From Euglena gracilis (lineage: Eukaryota), in NCBI GenBank assembly GCA_039621445.1, contig CP154954.1, forward strand, positions 18,462,642 through 18,526,641: a stretch of 64,000 bases of DNA, in the 5' to 3' direction. A program made the translations under genes and the position numbers. Shown piece by piece: positions 26,923 through 40,559 of this stretch. Within the stretch, counting starts at the first letter, position 1. The number at the start of each line of letters is the position of its first letter. The notes beneath the pieces were generated by a model that worked only from the letters and a program-made list of their open reading frames with translations, did not search any database and was not told the origin of the DNA.

Positions 26923-28039
26923 GATGCGGCGTCTCGTGTGCTGGCTTTTTGCTATCAGAAGCCACAAAGCTGGACAAGAAAAGTGCGGCAGTGCATTATT
27001 GCTTCGTGTGCCGCACATCGTTGCCAGGAGGCAGAATTCAACCAACCCCGTGGAGGAGAAGGGGGTATTGGGGTTCTGGCTGTGTTTCCAGGCAGGCAAA
27101 ACCCCCAGGGGTCGTACCTACCTCAGAAATCTGCCCAGAACAGGTCCCTTTAGGGACTCCAGAAGGGTTTGCACCTTTGCACTGGTGACTGGACGGACCC
27201 ATCTGGGGGGGGTGAAAAAGATTAATCGAAAAGGTACTCAAACCCCGACTTTTCATCATTTCGACTTTTTTTCTTCAAAATAATCTTTTGGGGTCATTGT
27301 TTTTCAGGTCTGTCTCATAAAGAAAATTTTCGAAACCCCAACCGCCCAAAAGCTTCGGCCAATTTTTTAAAATACGTACTGGTACTTCTGGCTCGACCCA
27401 TGCCCAGGCCCCTCAGCATGAGGCCCACTCTTGTGCACAAAAAGCACAAGTCCAATTGTGAATCCATTTTGAATCCACATGAAGCATCCCTATCCTTACA
27501 ATGAACCTCTTAAATATTTCCCTTGAACCTTGGGCTTTGGGTCTGAGTGACAGCCCAGAGGAACTCCGCATTTGTGGCATAAAAAAATGCGCGGCTTGTG
27601 TCACGCATCAGTATGAACCAAGCTAGTGGGGTGAACAGCCCTGGACCGGAAAAAAAACACCCATGGGAGGGGTCCCAGTCTGGGAATTGAATCAGTCACA
27701 CCAACCAAAACATCGATCAGCCACCTCCATCTCCTGATGTGAAGGAACCAGTCGGTGCAGCAAACTCTGGGGCGGGGCAGCCCGGCAGACAGCCTGAGCC
27801 TAAGCCTCAGCAGGAGCCGTTGGGCTGACCCGGCGGAGGAAGGGGCAGCAGACAAGACTGGAAAGGTCTTGAAATCCCATCCAAATATAAAGCCGGGGGG
27901 CTTTATATTTGGGGGGGGGGTTACTTGCCGCGTTGTATCCCAGCTTTGTTGCAAGCGATTGCACCATTTTTCTAAAACCAAAAAGGCAAGTTTTATGTTT
28001 CTTGTGGTAATACGAATAATTTGGAGTATATTTCCCTAG

Positions 28040-28310
28040 CGTCAGACAGAGTCAGTGTGCGCATTTGCACACACAGGCCATTTGCGCATTTGCGCACACC
28101 TTATTTGTGTTATTTGTCGATGTTCGAAAATGCGCACATAGACCACTTTCATTTTTGTGTGAGTAGTTGGTGTGCACAAATGTGCACATCGACTACTCAC
28201 AAAAATACAAGTGGTCGATGTGCGCAATATGCACACCAACCACTCACACAAGTACACAAATGGTCGGTGTGTGTGTGAATGCACAAATCGACCATCATTT
28301 TACATATTTG
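28040..28310. repeat. Cluster of TG(T/C)GCA(C/T)A and TCGACCA repeats, probable subterminal region of a DNA element
   Basis: tgtgcacaaatgtgcacatcgac-type motifs in both orientations. Confidence 0.5.
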
Positions 28311-30629
28311 TGTCACACGAAGGCTCCATTTGACATATGCACATTTCAGCGCGTTAAAAGTGGAAGTGTTCTGAAAAGGTTCTGTCATACCATAATCATT
28401 GTCTAATAAAGGTTGGGGCAAGGTTTTTGAAAGGGTGCCATTTCCAATGACAACAAAGAACGGTGGTAAATGTACCTTTTTTACCTTTGAATTTGGACGT
28501 CTCTTCGTCCTTAACACTTGGCGTACGCACTTGCGCACACCGACCATTGTGCATGGTGAAGAAATTCTGTTTTCAGGAAATGCGGACTGTTCAGTCGAAC
28601 AAGCTCTACGACAGGACAAAATTTGTCTTCGCTCCATCTGCAGGTTTGTTTGCCTTATCTCCAATCCGAATGCCCATCGTGTTCGCCCATTGGTTTGGAA
28701 GGTGCGCAGGAGGAACTGATGAAATGTAACCCCCCCCCCTGTGACTTTGGGATACTTTTCTGCAAAAAGCAACGAGTTCCAGAATTTCAAAAATGCGCAT
28801 GTGTAATCTACCTGTTATTTCGACCGGGATCGTTTTTCCATTTTCAGCACAATGATGCCTCATTTTCCCCTCAGAAAACAGGGAAAACACCAGGTTTGGT
28901 GCATAGTATCTGTACGTCGAGTTCCAGAACTTTCACACTACCTATCCATTTGAAAAAATTAAGTATTCTCTGTCTCCAAAACACTGAGCTTTGCGGCCAC
29001 ATTTATGATGCGCAATTTTCCATTGTTTCCATGGAGCTGCATGTCCTTCCCACCACGTCCGAGGGCAGCCGCGCGGGCGGCGCGCGGCCTATTATCGGGT
29101 CCAAAAAGTGGTCATTTTTGGCCATTTTTTGGCCATTTTTGCTCAAAAATTCTTTATTCTTGGGTATGCTGGGCACAGTGGGGAGGGGGGGTCGGGGGGA
29201 GCGGCCGCGCGGGCGGCCGCGCGGGGGGGGGGGGGGGGGGGGGGGCCCCCCCCACGCGGCGCGCCTAGCCTCCAATGTATTTTGGCTTCCCGGACCTGTC
29301 CCGGTTGTGGGGGATAACACGGCCACCTCCATGGCTGCTGGTGCACCGGGGGTTAATGACAGCCTTGTAGCGCCATCACCTGTCATCACCCAATGTGACA
29401 GCAAAACGCAAGCCAGGGGGCAAGCGGCGGGGGGGTTTTGGGGCCCAGCCATAATCTGCGCCGTTGTACGTGTACCGCGAGATGCTGCGGCGGGCCACCT
29501 GTAAGAAGGCCACAGCCTCCACATGCACCCAGATCTGTCAATGGGCCAGAACCGTCACCTGAGAACCCCATAATGGAGGTGTGTGGCAGCTGAAGTTGTC
29601 CCCCCAAACGGGCCATTGCAGGTGGTGTTTGGGATCGTGTTTGATGTGTGCTGTGCAAAATTTGGCTATCGTGGTTGAGGTGCACAGGTCGTCATGGTGT
29701 TCACATTTGCGCAAACCGACCTCATGTGCACTTGTGCAAAGGGATGCAATCCATTGCGGCTCACAATCAGGCCTTGCTCCTGAGTCTTTCTAAACAACAG
29801 TGACCGGAAAGGCTTACGACGCAGCCTTTGAAAACAAACAGAACTGCATTGAAAAGACCAGGCGACGCGGATGAGACCTCCTCGAAACCCGCCATCCTTG
29901 TTCCCTAGGATCCGGCAAACACCCAAAAGCACAAGTCCGAGGCCGACAAAACGGAAGGAGCCACTGGAAAAAGCCACTAGCCAGGGGACGGTCTGGAGGT
30001 CCCCCCGACAGGAAAAAAAATTCCTTTGGCGCTGCGCGTCGTGGTGGAAACGTGGTGTTTTATGTGCATTTTGGCTGACTTTGTTCCACAAAAGAAATCC
30101 CAGAAATGGCCCAAAACGGCTATTTGGCAGGTTTTGAGGCTTCATAAAATTCGGTGCCTTGTGCAGGTCGCTGGGGGGAAAATATCCACTTTCTGGCTGC
30201 CGGCAAACCCCTCAGGTGGTCCAGTGGGATTTCCACAACCCAAATCTGGACGGAGCCCACCGGCGAGGGGGGGGAGGAACCCCCTGAACCTGTCTGTGTA
30301 CCTGCAAACAATAATGGAACAAGCCTTCCTGGCAGAGCTATTGTGCACGTGTATTACGAACCTGGAGGCTGTTTATCACTTGTTTACATGTTTGTATCGA
30401 GGAGGACCATCAGAATTCCTGAAGCCTCACTTCCTGGTTTCCTGCAGCGAGCCTGGCTAACACGTGTGATTTTGGGGGGGGGGGGTACGGGTAGTTATGT
30501 CCCATCTGGTGTATGGGCAGTTTTTTCCGGGACTGTACTTAGACAGCCAAATTGGTACTTTAGCCTTTCACCAAAGAAACCCCCGGACCGTTCGCGGTCC
30601 GTGGACTGGCGGTGCTTGAACCACCAACC

Positions 30630-31540
30630 GAGAAAGACCTGTACACGTCGCACAGCACGATCGTGCACACCTGTGCACGTAGAGACACCCCCCTTCTCGC
30701 GCACACTTTCGCACGATTTGAACCCACAATCACGTGCACGTGCACCCGATTGGAGGGTAAATTTCGGCGCGATCCGACCCCCACAGTGTGGCGTGTGCCT
30801 CAGCACCACGGCGACGACACTGAGAGGGCCAACGGTGACATGGAGTCTTCGCCGCTAACTGCAGGGCCACGAGTCAGCCGTGAAAATATGCGGGACACAC
30901 ACTGGATGACAGGAACGCACGCCCTTCACCGCCTGCGTTGGAAATCCCAATCCAGATGGACTCACACCCAGCACCGAAGCACGCACACCTCCGCCTGCGG
31001 ACATACACACTTCGTGTAGGTTGAGGGCTGGTTGAGGGAACCTGTGGCCTCGGTTGAAAACCCAGGCAGAGACGTGATGCTTCACGACGCAAGTGTCGTG
31101 CGCATGTGCGCGCGTTGCTCACCCCTCAGCTCTTCGTCTGCGTGGCCCCTATTTGAGGCCCCTGCCAGCAAGCACGACGCAGGGAGGCAGCCACTGTCCC
31201 CAGGCACAGCACCCGGTGGCTGAGGCCTTTAAAAGTGGCCACAGAAGAGGGTTTTGGTGGCCGGGGTTACGCGACTGTCCGCCCAACGGGGGGTCTCTGA
31301 GAAAAGAATCACATGTCTGAAAACGCACTGAACGGGCGGTTAAACCTCATTGAGCTGCACGGTAGAAACGTCCAACAGGTTCTGAAACACACCCCAAAGC
31401 GCTCTGATTTATTGCGACGGCTGACAGCTGACATTGGTACGGCAGTCGCAAGGCCAGATTTTGAGATACTCCCCAGACAGACCCGGTTTCCAGATTGCAC
31501 ACAACATGAACACTTGCCAAAAATAGAAGGCATCCAAACC
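30630..31540. repeat. Old interspersed repeat, copy 2, lacking both MITEs
   Basis: Collinear with 8620-10440; has an extra ~125-bp block near 31185-31310. Confidence 0.8.
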
Positions 31541-32402
31541 CTAAAAGAAGGACCCAAAGTCAAAAAACAAGGCCTTGCCCACGTTCCCCCCCACTTTGCC
31601 CACCAACTGGGTTCCTGCAACCCCCCCGACCAGGAGGTGGTCGTACGGCCAGGTGCCAAAAACAGCCAAATTTTCAAAGCCACCTACAACCCCGACCAGG
31701 TTGCTGGAAATAATTCCCACAGAAAAAACATCATATCTTCGACCAGATTTTTTCCAAAGGCGCACAGTTTTTGGGGGTGCGGTGCTGCTACTGCCGGGCA
31801 AAAAACTCCAGGAAATGATGACCTTTTTTTTGGCATCCTTACCTTACCCCCCCCCTTTGCCCACCGACCACTCCTAAACAACGGCCACCCCCCAGTTGGG
31901 GGTTGCTGGTAAGGGGTGTGTACGGGCGGAGATCTAAAAGGCCCAGAAATTGCAAATTTTTGACAAATTTTCTAAAATTTGGCAAATTTGCAACAAAATA
32001 ACGAAAAGAACACCAGGGTTCCTTGTACGTTACCGAAACTCATTTTTCCATTTCAGATTTGTACGGAAAAACTGCAGAAAGGGGAAAACTTGCGGGAAAA
32101 AAAATTCGGAAGAATTCGGAAAGTGCGGAAAAATTGCAGATATCAATTTACCCCTGCAGAAATGCAAAAAAAAAAATGGCGCAAATCACTGGAGGGAAAA
32201 TTTTGATCTTTTAAGGGGGTCCCCGGTGCCCCCCTCCCCGCATTCAGTCTGAACCTCCCTTGGAAGATGGGGGGATCTGTACCCCCACTCAAATCCAAGA
32301 GGGGGGGCACCCCCCACCTGAACCCATACACCCTCCTTATATTGCTTATATTGAACCCTACCTTGGGGTGCTCCCAGGGGGGAGGGGTCCGGCGAAACCA
32401 AA

Positions 32403-32930
<528 letters not shown>

Positions 32931-32959
32931 GGTGCAGAAGGAATTGTGCGTGGCTAGCG

Positions 32960-34134
32960 CTAGCGCTGCCACCATTCCATAGACTGCTCCCAGTCAAGTC
33001 TGGCTTCAGGGCAGGAGAGCCCAATGGCGTGCTGGGTTGCCCACCCGCCGTTCTCTGCTCTGCAGGAGAGGATATTGTATAACAAGGCCCACAACAGGAC
33101 TGCCTGTGAAATGAGCCGCGCGTCGGGGGGGGGGTTGGACATATGGCACAGCAACACCCCACTGAGGTGTAAGGAGAGAATCACGCGGCTCTACAACTCT
33201 GTAGGGAGGGGAAGAGGGAACTTTGGGAGGGGGGGGGTCAAAAGAGGGTGTGACCTTCCTGAAAAGCCTGAATTTTTTGTTGACACCCCCAGGCATTTGT
33301 TCATTTGCATTACCACTAATCTCTTAACTGTTCGTTAACAAACACCTCTGCCTGTTTCTGCCTGCCTGTCTGCCTGTTTGTTTGTTTGTTTGTTTGTTTG
33401 TTTGTTTGTTTGTTTGTTTGTTTGTTTGTTTGTTTGTTTGTTTGTTTGTTTGTTTGTTTGTTTGTTTGTTTGTTTGTTTGTTTGTTTGTTTGTTTGTTTT
33501 TTGTTATTGTTGTTTGTTGGGGGTTGGTTGGTTGTTTGGCTGTTGGTTGGTTGAGTTTGGATCTTTGTGGTTGGTTGGTTTCTTGGTTTTGTTGGTTTGG
33601 TTGTTTGACTTGGGTTTGCCTAGGTTTGGATGGTTGTTGGGTTGGTTTTCGGTTGGTTTGTATGGTTGGTTGCGGTTGGTTGGTTGTCGTACACTGGTTG
33701 GTTGGTTGGTTGGTTGGTTGGTTGGTTGGTTGGTTGGTTGGTTGGTTTGTTGTTGGTGGTTGGTTGTTGTTTGTTGGTTGGTTGGTTTTTGTTTTTTTTT
33801 GGTTGGGCTGGTTGGTTGGGGCTGGTTTTGGTTGGTTGGTTGGTTGGTTGGTTGGTTGGTTGGGTGGTTGGTTGGTTGGTTGGTTGGTTGGTTGGTTGGT
33901 TGGTTGGTTGGTTGGTTGGTTGGTTGGTTGGTTGGTGAGTTGGTGGTTGGTTGGTTGGTTGGTTGGTTGGTTGGTTGGTTGGTTGGTTGGTTGGTTGGTT
34001 GGTTGGTTGGTTGGTTGGTTGGTTGGTTGGTTGGTTGGTTGGTTGGTTGGTTGGTTGGTTGGTTGGTTGGTTGGTTGGTTGGTTGGTTGGTTGGTTGGTT
34101 GGTTGGTTGGTTGGATGGTTGGTTGGTTGGTTGT

Positions 34135-34171
<37 letters not shown>

Positions 34172-36926
34172 GGCTGGCTGGCTTGCTGGCTGGCTTGCTT
34201 GCTTGCTTGCTTGCTTGGTTGTTTGGTTGATTGTTTGTTTGTTTGTTTGTTTGTTTGTGTGTTTGTTTGTTTGTTTGTTTGTTTGTTTGTTTGTTTGTTT
34301 GTTTGTTTGTTTGCTTGTATACAGGTTTGTCTGTCTGGGTATCTGTTGGTCAGTATGTCTCCATTCATTGGGCTCATTCACTAGGCTCGTTCGGGGACCA
34401 GTGTTCACTAGCCTATTCACTAAGCTCAAAAAAAAGCACAAGAAGCGGCAAACAAGCACTAAATCCAAAAAAAAACTGGAATATGCCCAAAAAGAAATTT
34501 TCAAAAATATTGGGAAGAAAGTTAATCCCCAGATCTGCGGACCTGACTGTTTCGTTTGGAAAGAGAGAAAAAAGGTGCCAGCTGGCTGGATCCCTCTTCA
34601 GCAGGTGGTCCTGGCTTGAAGGTCAGGGTCAGGGTTAGGGTTCGCATTTTGTTAAGCTTGTCGGCGTACGCCATGTCCAGTCAACTTATTCCATCTGACT
34701 TCACTTTCCTTATCAGAGGTGGGGGAGTTGTTGAAGGGCGGGCAACGCCCCAAAAGCCCTCACTGAGCCCGGGTCGCGGTTGCACACAGTGGGACACTGC
34801 CTCTTCGCCATAGGCACAGCGTGCGTGTGGCGTAGACTCGGTAGCAGCAACCATCCTGTGGCAGCTGTGGCCGACTCCCCCCCCCAAAAAAAGACCCCCC
34901 CCCCGCCGATTTTCAACAAAAATTCAAAACCAACCCCCCCCCAAAAAAAACAATCCGTCGGGATGTTTGGGGGAAATACAAAAATGGACCCCCAAAAACT
35001 GTGAAAATGCCCCCAAAGTGGAGGATTTTTTTGCCATCCCTCCCCCCACCTCTAAACCCACAACTTTGATAGGATTTCCTTGGGGAATTGGAGGTTCAGC
35101 ATTGTTCCTCAAAATCCAGCCCCAAAATCCCCAAATACAGCTGGTGGATGGCATGCTGTTGGCCAAATTCGTCAAAAATGGAATCACATCACATAAAAAT
35201 TGCAACATGTTTGATTTGCCCACTATGCACAAGTTTTTTGAGGTAATTTTTCGCTCACTGGCAAGAGTCACTCTTTTTTGGACATATTTTTGGATTCCAA
35301 AAAATAAACCCCGAAAAAGAGGACCCCTTAAGATTTTCAGCAACTGACCCAAAAAGCAGACCAGGGTTTTATTCTTGGAGGAGGGGATGGTATCGGCATG
35401 CCAGGGTGGGTCACAGCAATGGAAGAGCAAACAAAGGGACAAATGAGGACAGTGGGGACCACATCTGAATGATGGGCTCTTTGACAACATGACTCCTGAC
35501 TTAAGGAGCTTTAAAAACCTTTAAGAGACCAACGCCCTCAGAACCAAATAAGGGACTGCCGTGCACATCAGTGTACACCATGGAGCAAATTTTCATCACA
35601 TCAAATTGTGTGATTGGACCCAACCTCTAATCTCAAATCCTCTGTCAGCGTGAAGGCTGTGGTGATGTTGTATGCACACTGGAATGATCCGGCCTGGCAC
35701 AGCAGCGGTCCAGCTACAGTAGCTGGACTGTAGCTACTGTAGACACAGAACAAAAACACTGGGGTCAGGCAAGTTTTGCGATATTGGACGAACGTGAAAG
35801 TAAAATTCTGCAATTTGCGACCCTCCCAATCCTAGCGTAAAAACCCAACAAAACTGGCAGAGGCTTTGGGCCTGGGCCTTGGGGTTGTGGATGACCTACA
35901 AAACCTGTGATGTATGAAAATCAAATGCGGTGCCTGCTGTGAGGGGCTGAAACATCTATCTGAAACGGAAAAGACAATGAGTCCAATCATCTCCACAGAT
36001 GCTGCCACGGTACATTAGGTGGTGGCTGCCCAAGTGCGCAGGTGCACAAAAAGTGTAGCGAGGGAGGGAGGGAGGGAGAGGAAAGTCTGGATACGGGTTG
36101 TTGGTCTTTAGAGTCGATCACCTGGACCACACTTTGAGGGCCATCGCAAGGGTCCTGGGGCAGGTTCGGAAACGAGGAACAGCTGTTGGCCCTAAACGTT
36201 GGAGGACCAACGAAAATAGTCCGTCTTGAAATGCAGTCCTCAATCTTAACAACTTCCAACTGACAAAAACTGAGAAATGTACGATTCTGGTGGATTTTCA
36301 TGGGACCATACTTGTAGTCAGTGCGCCGCGGCGCTCCTGCCGCGGCGCAAAAAAAGATTCTCCGCGGTGGTCGCGGCGCACAGAAAGATTTTTGCCGCGG
36401 CTGTCGCGGCACAAGCAAAATTTATTGCCGCAGTGGTCGCGGCGCAAGCGGAAAATTTTTCCGCGGTGGTTGCGGCGAAAAAAAAATTTCTGCCCGGAGC
36501 TCAAAAACGTATTGGCAGCAACACAACACCCAACATTTTTTGGTGGAAACAATTACATTGATAGAAGGCGCTCACCCGGGCTTTGGCAAAACAAAGTGTT
36601 GCCAAGGCAGCACCAACCCCACCCGTTGAGGTTTCCAAAAAAAACATTCCGCGGCGGTCGCGGCGCACACATAAACCAGTGCCACGGCATTCGCGGCGCA
36701 CAGAAAAATTTTTGCCGCGGCGCTGCCGGTTACAAAAAAAATTTCCGCGGTGGTCGCGGCGCACGGAAACATTTTTTCCGGTCGCACTAATTAAGTATGC
36801 ATGGGACGTCCAATGAAATGAACAAAACAATGATTGAAATGGTGGATAGCAAAACGAGCGCTTTCCTTCTTCGACTCGCCTCGCTTCCTCTGGGAGTCAG
36901 ATGAAAAGGTGAACACCCCCCTTCAG

Positions 36927-36963
<37 letters not shown>

Positions 36964-37253
36964 TGCACAGCAAACTGAACATTGCCAAAAGGACCTTCAA
37001 AGGAGTACGGATTGTGCACCATGTGGTGGTGGGCTGCCACCTTCCCCGGCGACATGGGGGGAGGCAGGCTGGGACCCATCAGAGGGGGATCAGAGGCAGG
37101 CAGACCCTCACCGCGGCATCAGTTGCCCGTCTGTCAGAGCATCTGCCTGGCCGCCATGTACCTCGGGCCGCAGGAGTGCGTGGGAGGCCGTGCGTGGGAC
37201 GCGGACGTGCCGCGTCCGCGTCACGTCCGCCGCGGCGATGGCAATGCTGAGCT
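32960..37253 (-). CDS. Tentative downstream exon chain for paralog B: 37253-37112, 36191-36122, 35727-35625, 34855-34764, 33103-32960
   Basis: Each island has AG/GT borders and phases chain without stops to TAG at 32960. However, the 38959 donor is phase 0 while 37253 needs phase 1, and 37138-37259 also reads as a plus-strand exon. Confidence 0.22.
33360..34315. repeat. Compound tetranucleotide microsatellite (GTTT)n-(GGTT)n-(GCTT)n-(GTTT)n
   Basis: Directly visible, about 950 bp. Confidence 0.97.
36319..36789. mobile_element. MITE-like element built from ~33-bp CCGCGGTGGTCGCGGCGCA repeats
   Basis: Ends CAGTGCG / CGCACTA; two repeat blocks around a unique spacer; TSD not evident. Confidence 0.55.
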
Positions 37254-38958
37254 CTGCCGGTGAGTCAGTCCCACCCATGCTGTTGCTCAGCTTGAATGAG
37301 TGGCAGGCAAGCACCCAGGGTCATCCAGCCCAGACCCAAGCGTGCCCATCACTCACGTCCATGCCATGCCAGTCATGTCGGTCACTCCCAGTCATTTCAT
37401 AGGTATTTGGTGGCAGGCACTCCTTGAGGAGGTACGATGGACAAGTTTGGGCAAAAATGCAAGCCCCCCCCAAAAAGACAGGAGGAGGCCAAGAATCGCC
37501 TTGCCAAAGGGGGTTGAGGGCTTCCCCAAGTCACCAGAACAAAAAAGCAGTCGGGGGGTGGGGACACACCAGCAACCTTGCATGTCCCCACATCCCATGG
37601 CATGGCGCGGGATGGGCGGGCAAGTGGCGCCGACGGGCCCACCACCCAGTCAGCCCGGGGGCCCCCGGCGGGCCGAACTCCGCTGTGCAGTGGGCCGCAG
37701 TCCAGCAGCCCCGGGGCCGGGGACTCCGGCGCAGGGAGGGAGCTGGCAGCCCTGTCCTCCGAAGTCGCATGCCTGCAGCGCAACGCGATACCTAACCCCC
37801 CCACCCCCTCCCCGGAAGCACAGCCCAACAACGTTCCAGGGATATGCCGTTGATACGGGGGGGGGGGGTCTACAACCCAGTCGGGGAGCTGTTGGAATCG
37901 ACGGGGCAGGTTTGCACCCCAGCAACCTGGGCTCCCTGACGCCAAAAGCAGGCAATGCTCAAGTCAACTTTGGCCGAGAATGCCAGGGAGGGTGGCTTCT
38001 CCGATATTGGGGGGTTCGTTCGCTGGAAGCAGGTGGTTGAACTGCGGGGAGAAGGCTTCCCATATTCGATGCCTTCCAGGGGAAAACTAGTGATGAATTC
38101 TGAACCCCCCACCCCTCGTCCAACAACCATCATTATTCCCCCACTGTCTTTGGCTATTTTCAGCCACTTTGGCCACTTTCTTGGCATTCTTTGGCCACTT
38201 TTGCCATTGTTTAGTCACAGAGTCACCGTTGGCCATTTTGCCCAGCTTTTGGGAGACTTTTGGCCGTTATCACAATCTTCATGCACAACATGTACAAACA
38301 TCCAGAAGGAATAGCAGCTTTTAGAAAAATAAGTCCATTTACGTCAATTTTTACCCATTTTGGGTAAACCGTTTCCGTTTGGGGCATCGGCCTTTTTTCG
38401 ACGTTTTTGGCATTTTCAGCCAGTTCATGATTGCTTTTGCCGTTTTTTGGGAGTGGGGCTGAAAAAAAAATACCGAAACTTATGAAATCAACAACTGGCC
38501 TGAGGGGGTGTTCGTTGGACAAGCGCAGTTGCTGTTGCTGGGGGGGAGAGAGGTAAATGTTTTTGTCAAATGTCATCCACCAGGCAAAATTCCGAACTAT
38601 TCTTACAAAATTGATTCTTCGTCAGGTGTTCAATTGTCCACGTCTGTCAATGACCCAACTTTTTTTAAAAAGGGGGGGCAGAGCATATGGAGAGCCGGCC
38701 ACGTGGGTTGATTTCTCCACCACCTCGACCAAAAATCGATTTTGACCAAATTTTGAGCTAGGCAGTCTTTATCCGACCGATTTTTACCAATTTCCCGTTT
38801 TACCCGTTTCGACCCAGTGTTCACCTTTGAAGGGAAAGAATACACCGCACACGCACACGCACGCACGCGCGCACGCATGCACACACACAGCGCGCGCGCG
38901 CACACACACACACAAGCGGTGGCAGTTGAGGTGGCAGGCAACGATCTTCAGGGTCTAC

Positions 38959-39066
38959 CGTATGATGTGGTCTAGGCGCAGTCCGAGCCGCTTCAGAGCC
39001 GCGCAGCTGCAGCCACAGGTCGGACTTGCCGGGGAGCTGCTGCAAGAGGCTGAACGGCGCGGCCAT
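38959..39066 (-). CDS. Probable first coding exon of an unknown protein (MAAPFSLLQQLPGKSDLWLQLRGSEAARTAPRPHHT), paralog B
   Basis: Synonymous-biased paralog of 4503-4611; ccccctgacAG acceptor 39 nt upstream of ATG; GT at 38958-38957. Confidence 0.6.
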
Positions 39067-39242
39067 GTTTATGTTTGGGGGGGAGCAAAGGCTAGCCAGA
39101 GAATCCTGTCAGGGGGAGAGCAGGGGTGTATCTGTGATTTCTGCAGAAGCCGATGCGCAGGGCACAGCGCCCAAGTCTCACCCCATGCACCGCTTTGCCA
39201 AGTTATGAAGAATTCGGAACACTGTGGGGATGTCCACCCCTG

Positions 39243-39475
39243 CAGTGCTAGTACTGCTTGGCACTGCATGGCACTGCGTGTACAGTCCGTGTGCACTGCG
39301 TGGCACTGCGTGGTACTGTGTGGGCACTGCGTGGCTGCATGGCACCACGTGGCACTGCGTGACACCCCATGGAACTGCGTGCACTGCGTGGCACTGCGTG
39401 ACACCCCATGGAACTGCGTGCACTGCGTGGCACTGCATGACACTCCATGGAACTGCGTGCACTGCGCGGCACTGC
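39243..39475. repeat. Minisatellite of GGCACTGCGT 10-mers with a 39-bp higher-order unit, bounded by CAGTGC/GCACTG
   Basis: gtggcactgc(g/a)tgacac(c/t)ccatggaactgcgtgcactgc three times. Confidence 0.8.
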
Positions 39476-40559
39476 GGGCCGTCAAACCACTTGTTTTTTG
39501 AATCATTGGCTTTTTCGGGGCATTCAAGGGCACTTTTCTTCAACTGAGCAAAAGTGCAAAGTCCCGGCAAAAACAAACCAACTCCGGGAAGAAAAATGAT
39601 TTCTGGCATCGATGGAACGTTGTCCATCTACACATTTTTCGACCTGTTGCGACTTTTTTGATTTTGGGCCCCGTGCAAAATCAAAAACGTTGGTTTGATG
39701 CCGCCTGGGACCGCCCGGGAAAGGGGGTTTGGGGGGGGGGGGGCCTTCTTCTCTATGGGTTCCAAAATGGGTCAAAAAAAAAACACCCCGCGCTGAAGGT
39801 GCCGGGGAAACATTTTGGGGTCCAAAATCTTGTGCCACCAGAACAACGGGAAGAGGTGGGGGGGTCAACCCCCCTACCCACCATGCAGGGGGTGGGGGGT
39901 GGTCGACCCCCCCCCACCCACCACCCTGGCTGTTTGGCCGATTCCCGTTCTACCCTGGGTTTGGGTAAAAGGAAAGGTTAGGGTTCGGGTAAGACTGTTC
40001 GGCTGAAATCAGGTACAAATTAGGTCGAAAATACGACCTGGGGGAGCGCTTGGTGATGAGGTTAGACCGGGATGGGCAAGCTGGCAGGTCATGTAACAAA
40101 TTTCGGCAGGCCAGACGCTAAATAGATCGAAAAGCCCAAAACGGTGATCAGAGTCGATCTTGGAGACACTTTTTGCACGTTGGGGAGGGGGTGAATACCT
40201 GGGGGGGAAATATTTACTCCTGGGGGGGAGGCATTTGAGGGCACAAATACACTGACTACATGCAGCCGCTGTAAATTAAACCCAAACATGGCAGGCATAA
40301 CTGAATCCTTCCCGGGAAAACCGTTTGGGTGTCTGGCTGTGTCATCCTCGCTTTCCTTTGAAGCCAATGAAAAGGTGGCTGGCTGGGATTCTGCCACCGG
40401 ACGGGCACGCCGGTCAATGCCCAATGTGCGCCACCGCTGTGTGTGCGGCATCGCCGAAGCGCACCGGAACTGCACTCCAGTTCCAGCGCAGGAATGCTCG
40501 TCTAACACGTGTGTTCCGGTGCCGGAACACACGTCCACGGCCGGTGGCCGACTCGCCAC

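Noticed and set aside
36323-36780. CRISPR-like appearance of repeats with short variable spacers
   Set aside because: Spacers are only ~14 nt, A/T-rich and similar to each other; no cas genes; eukaryotic MITE context
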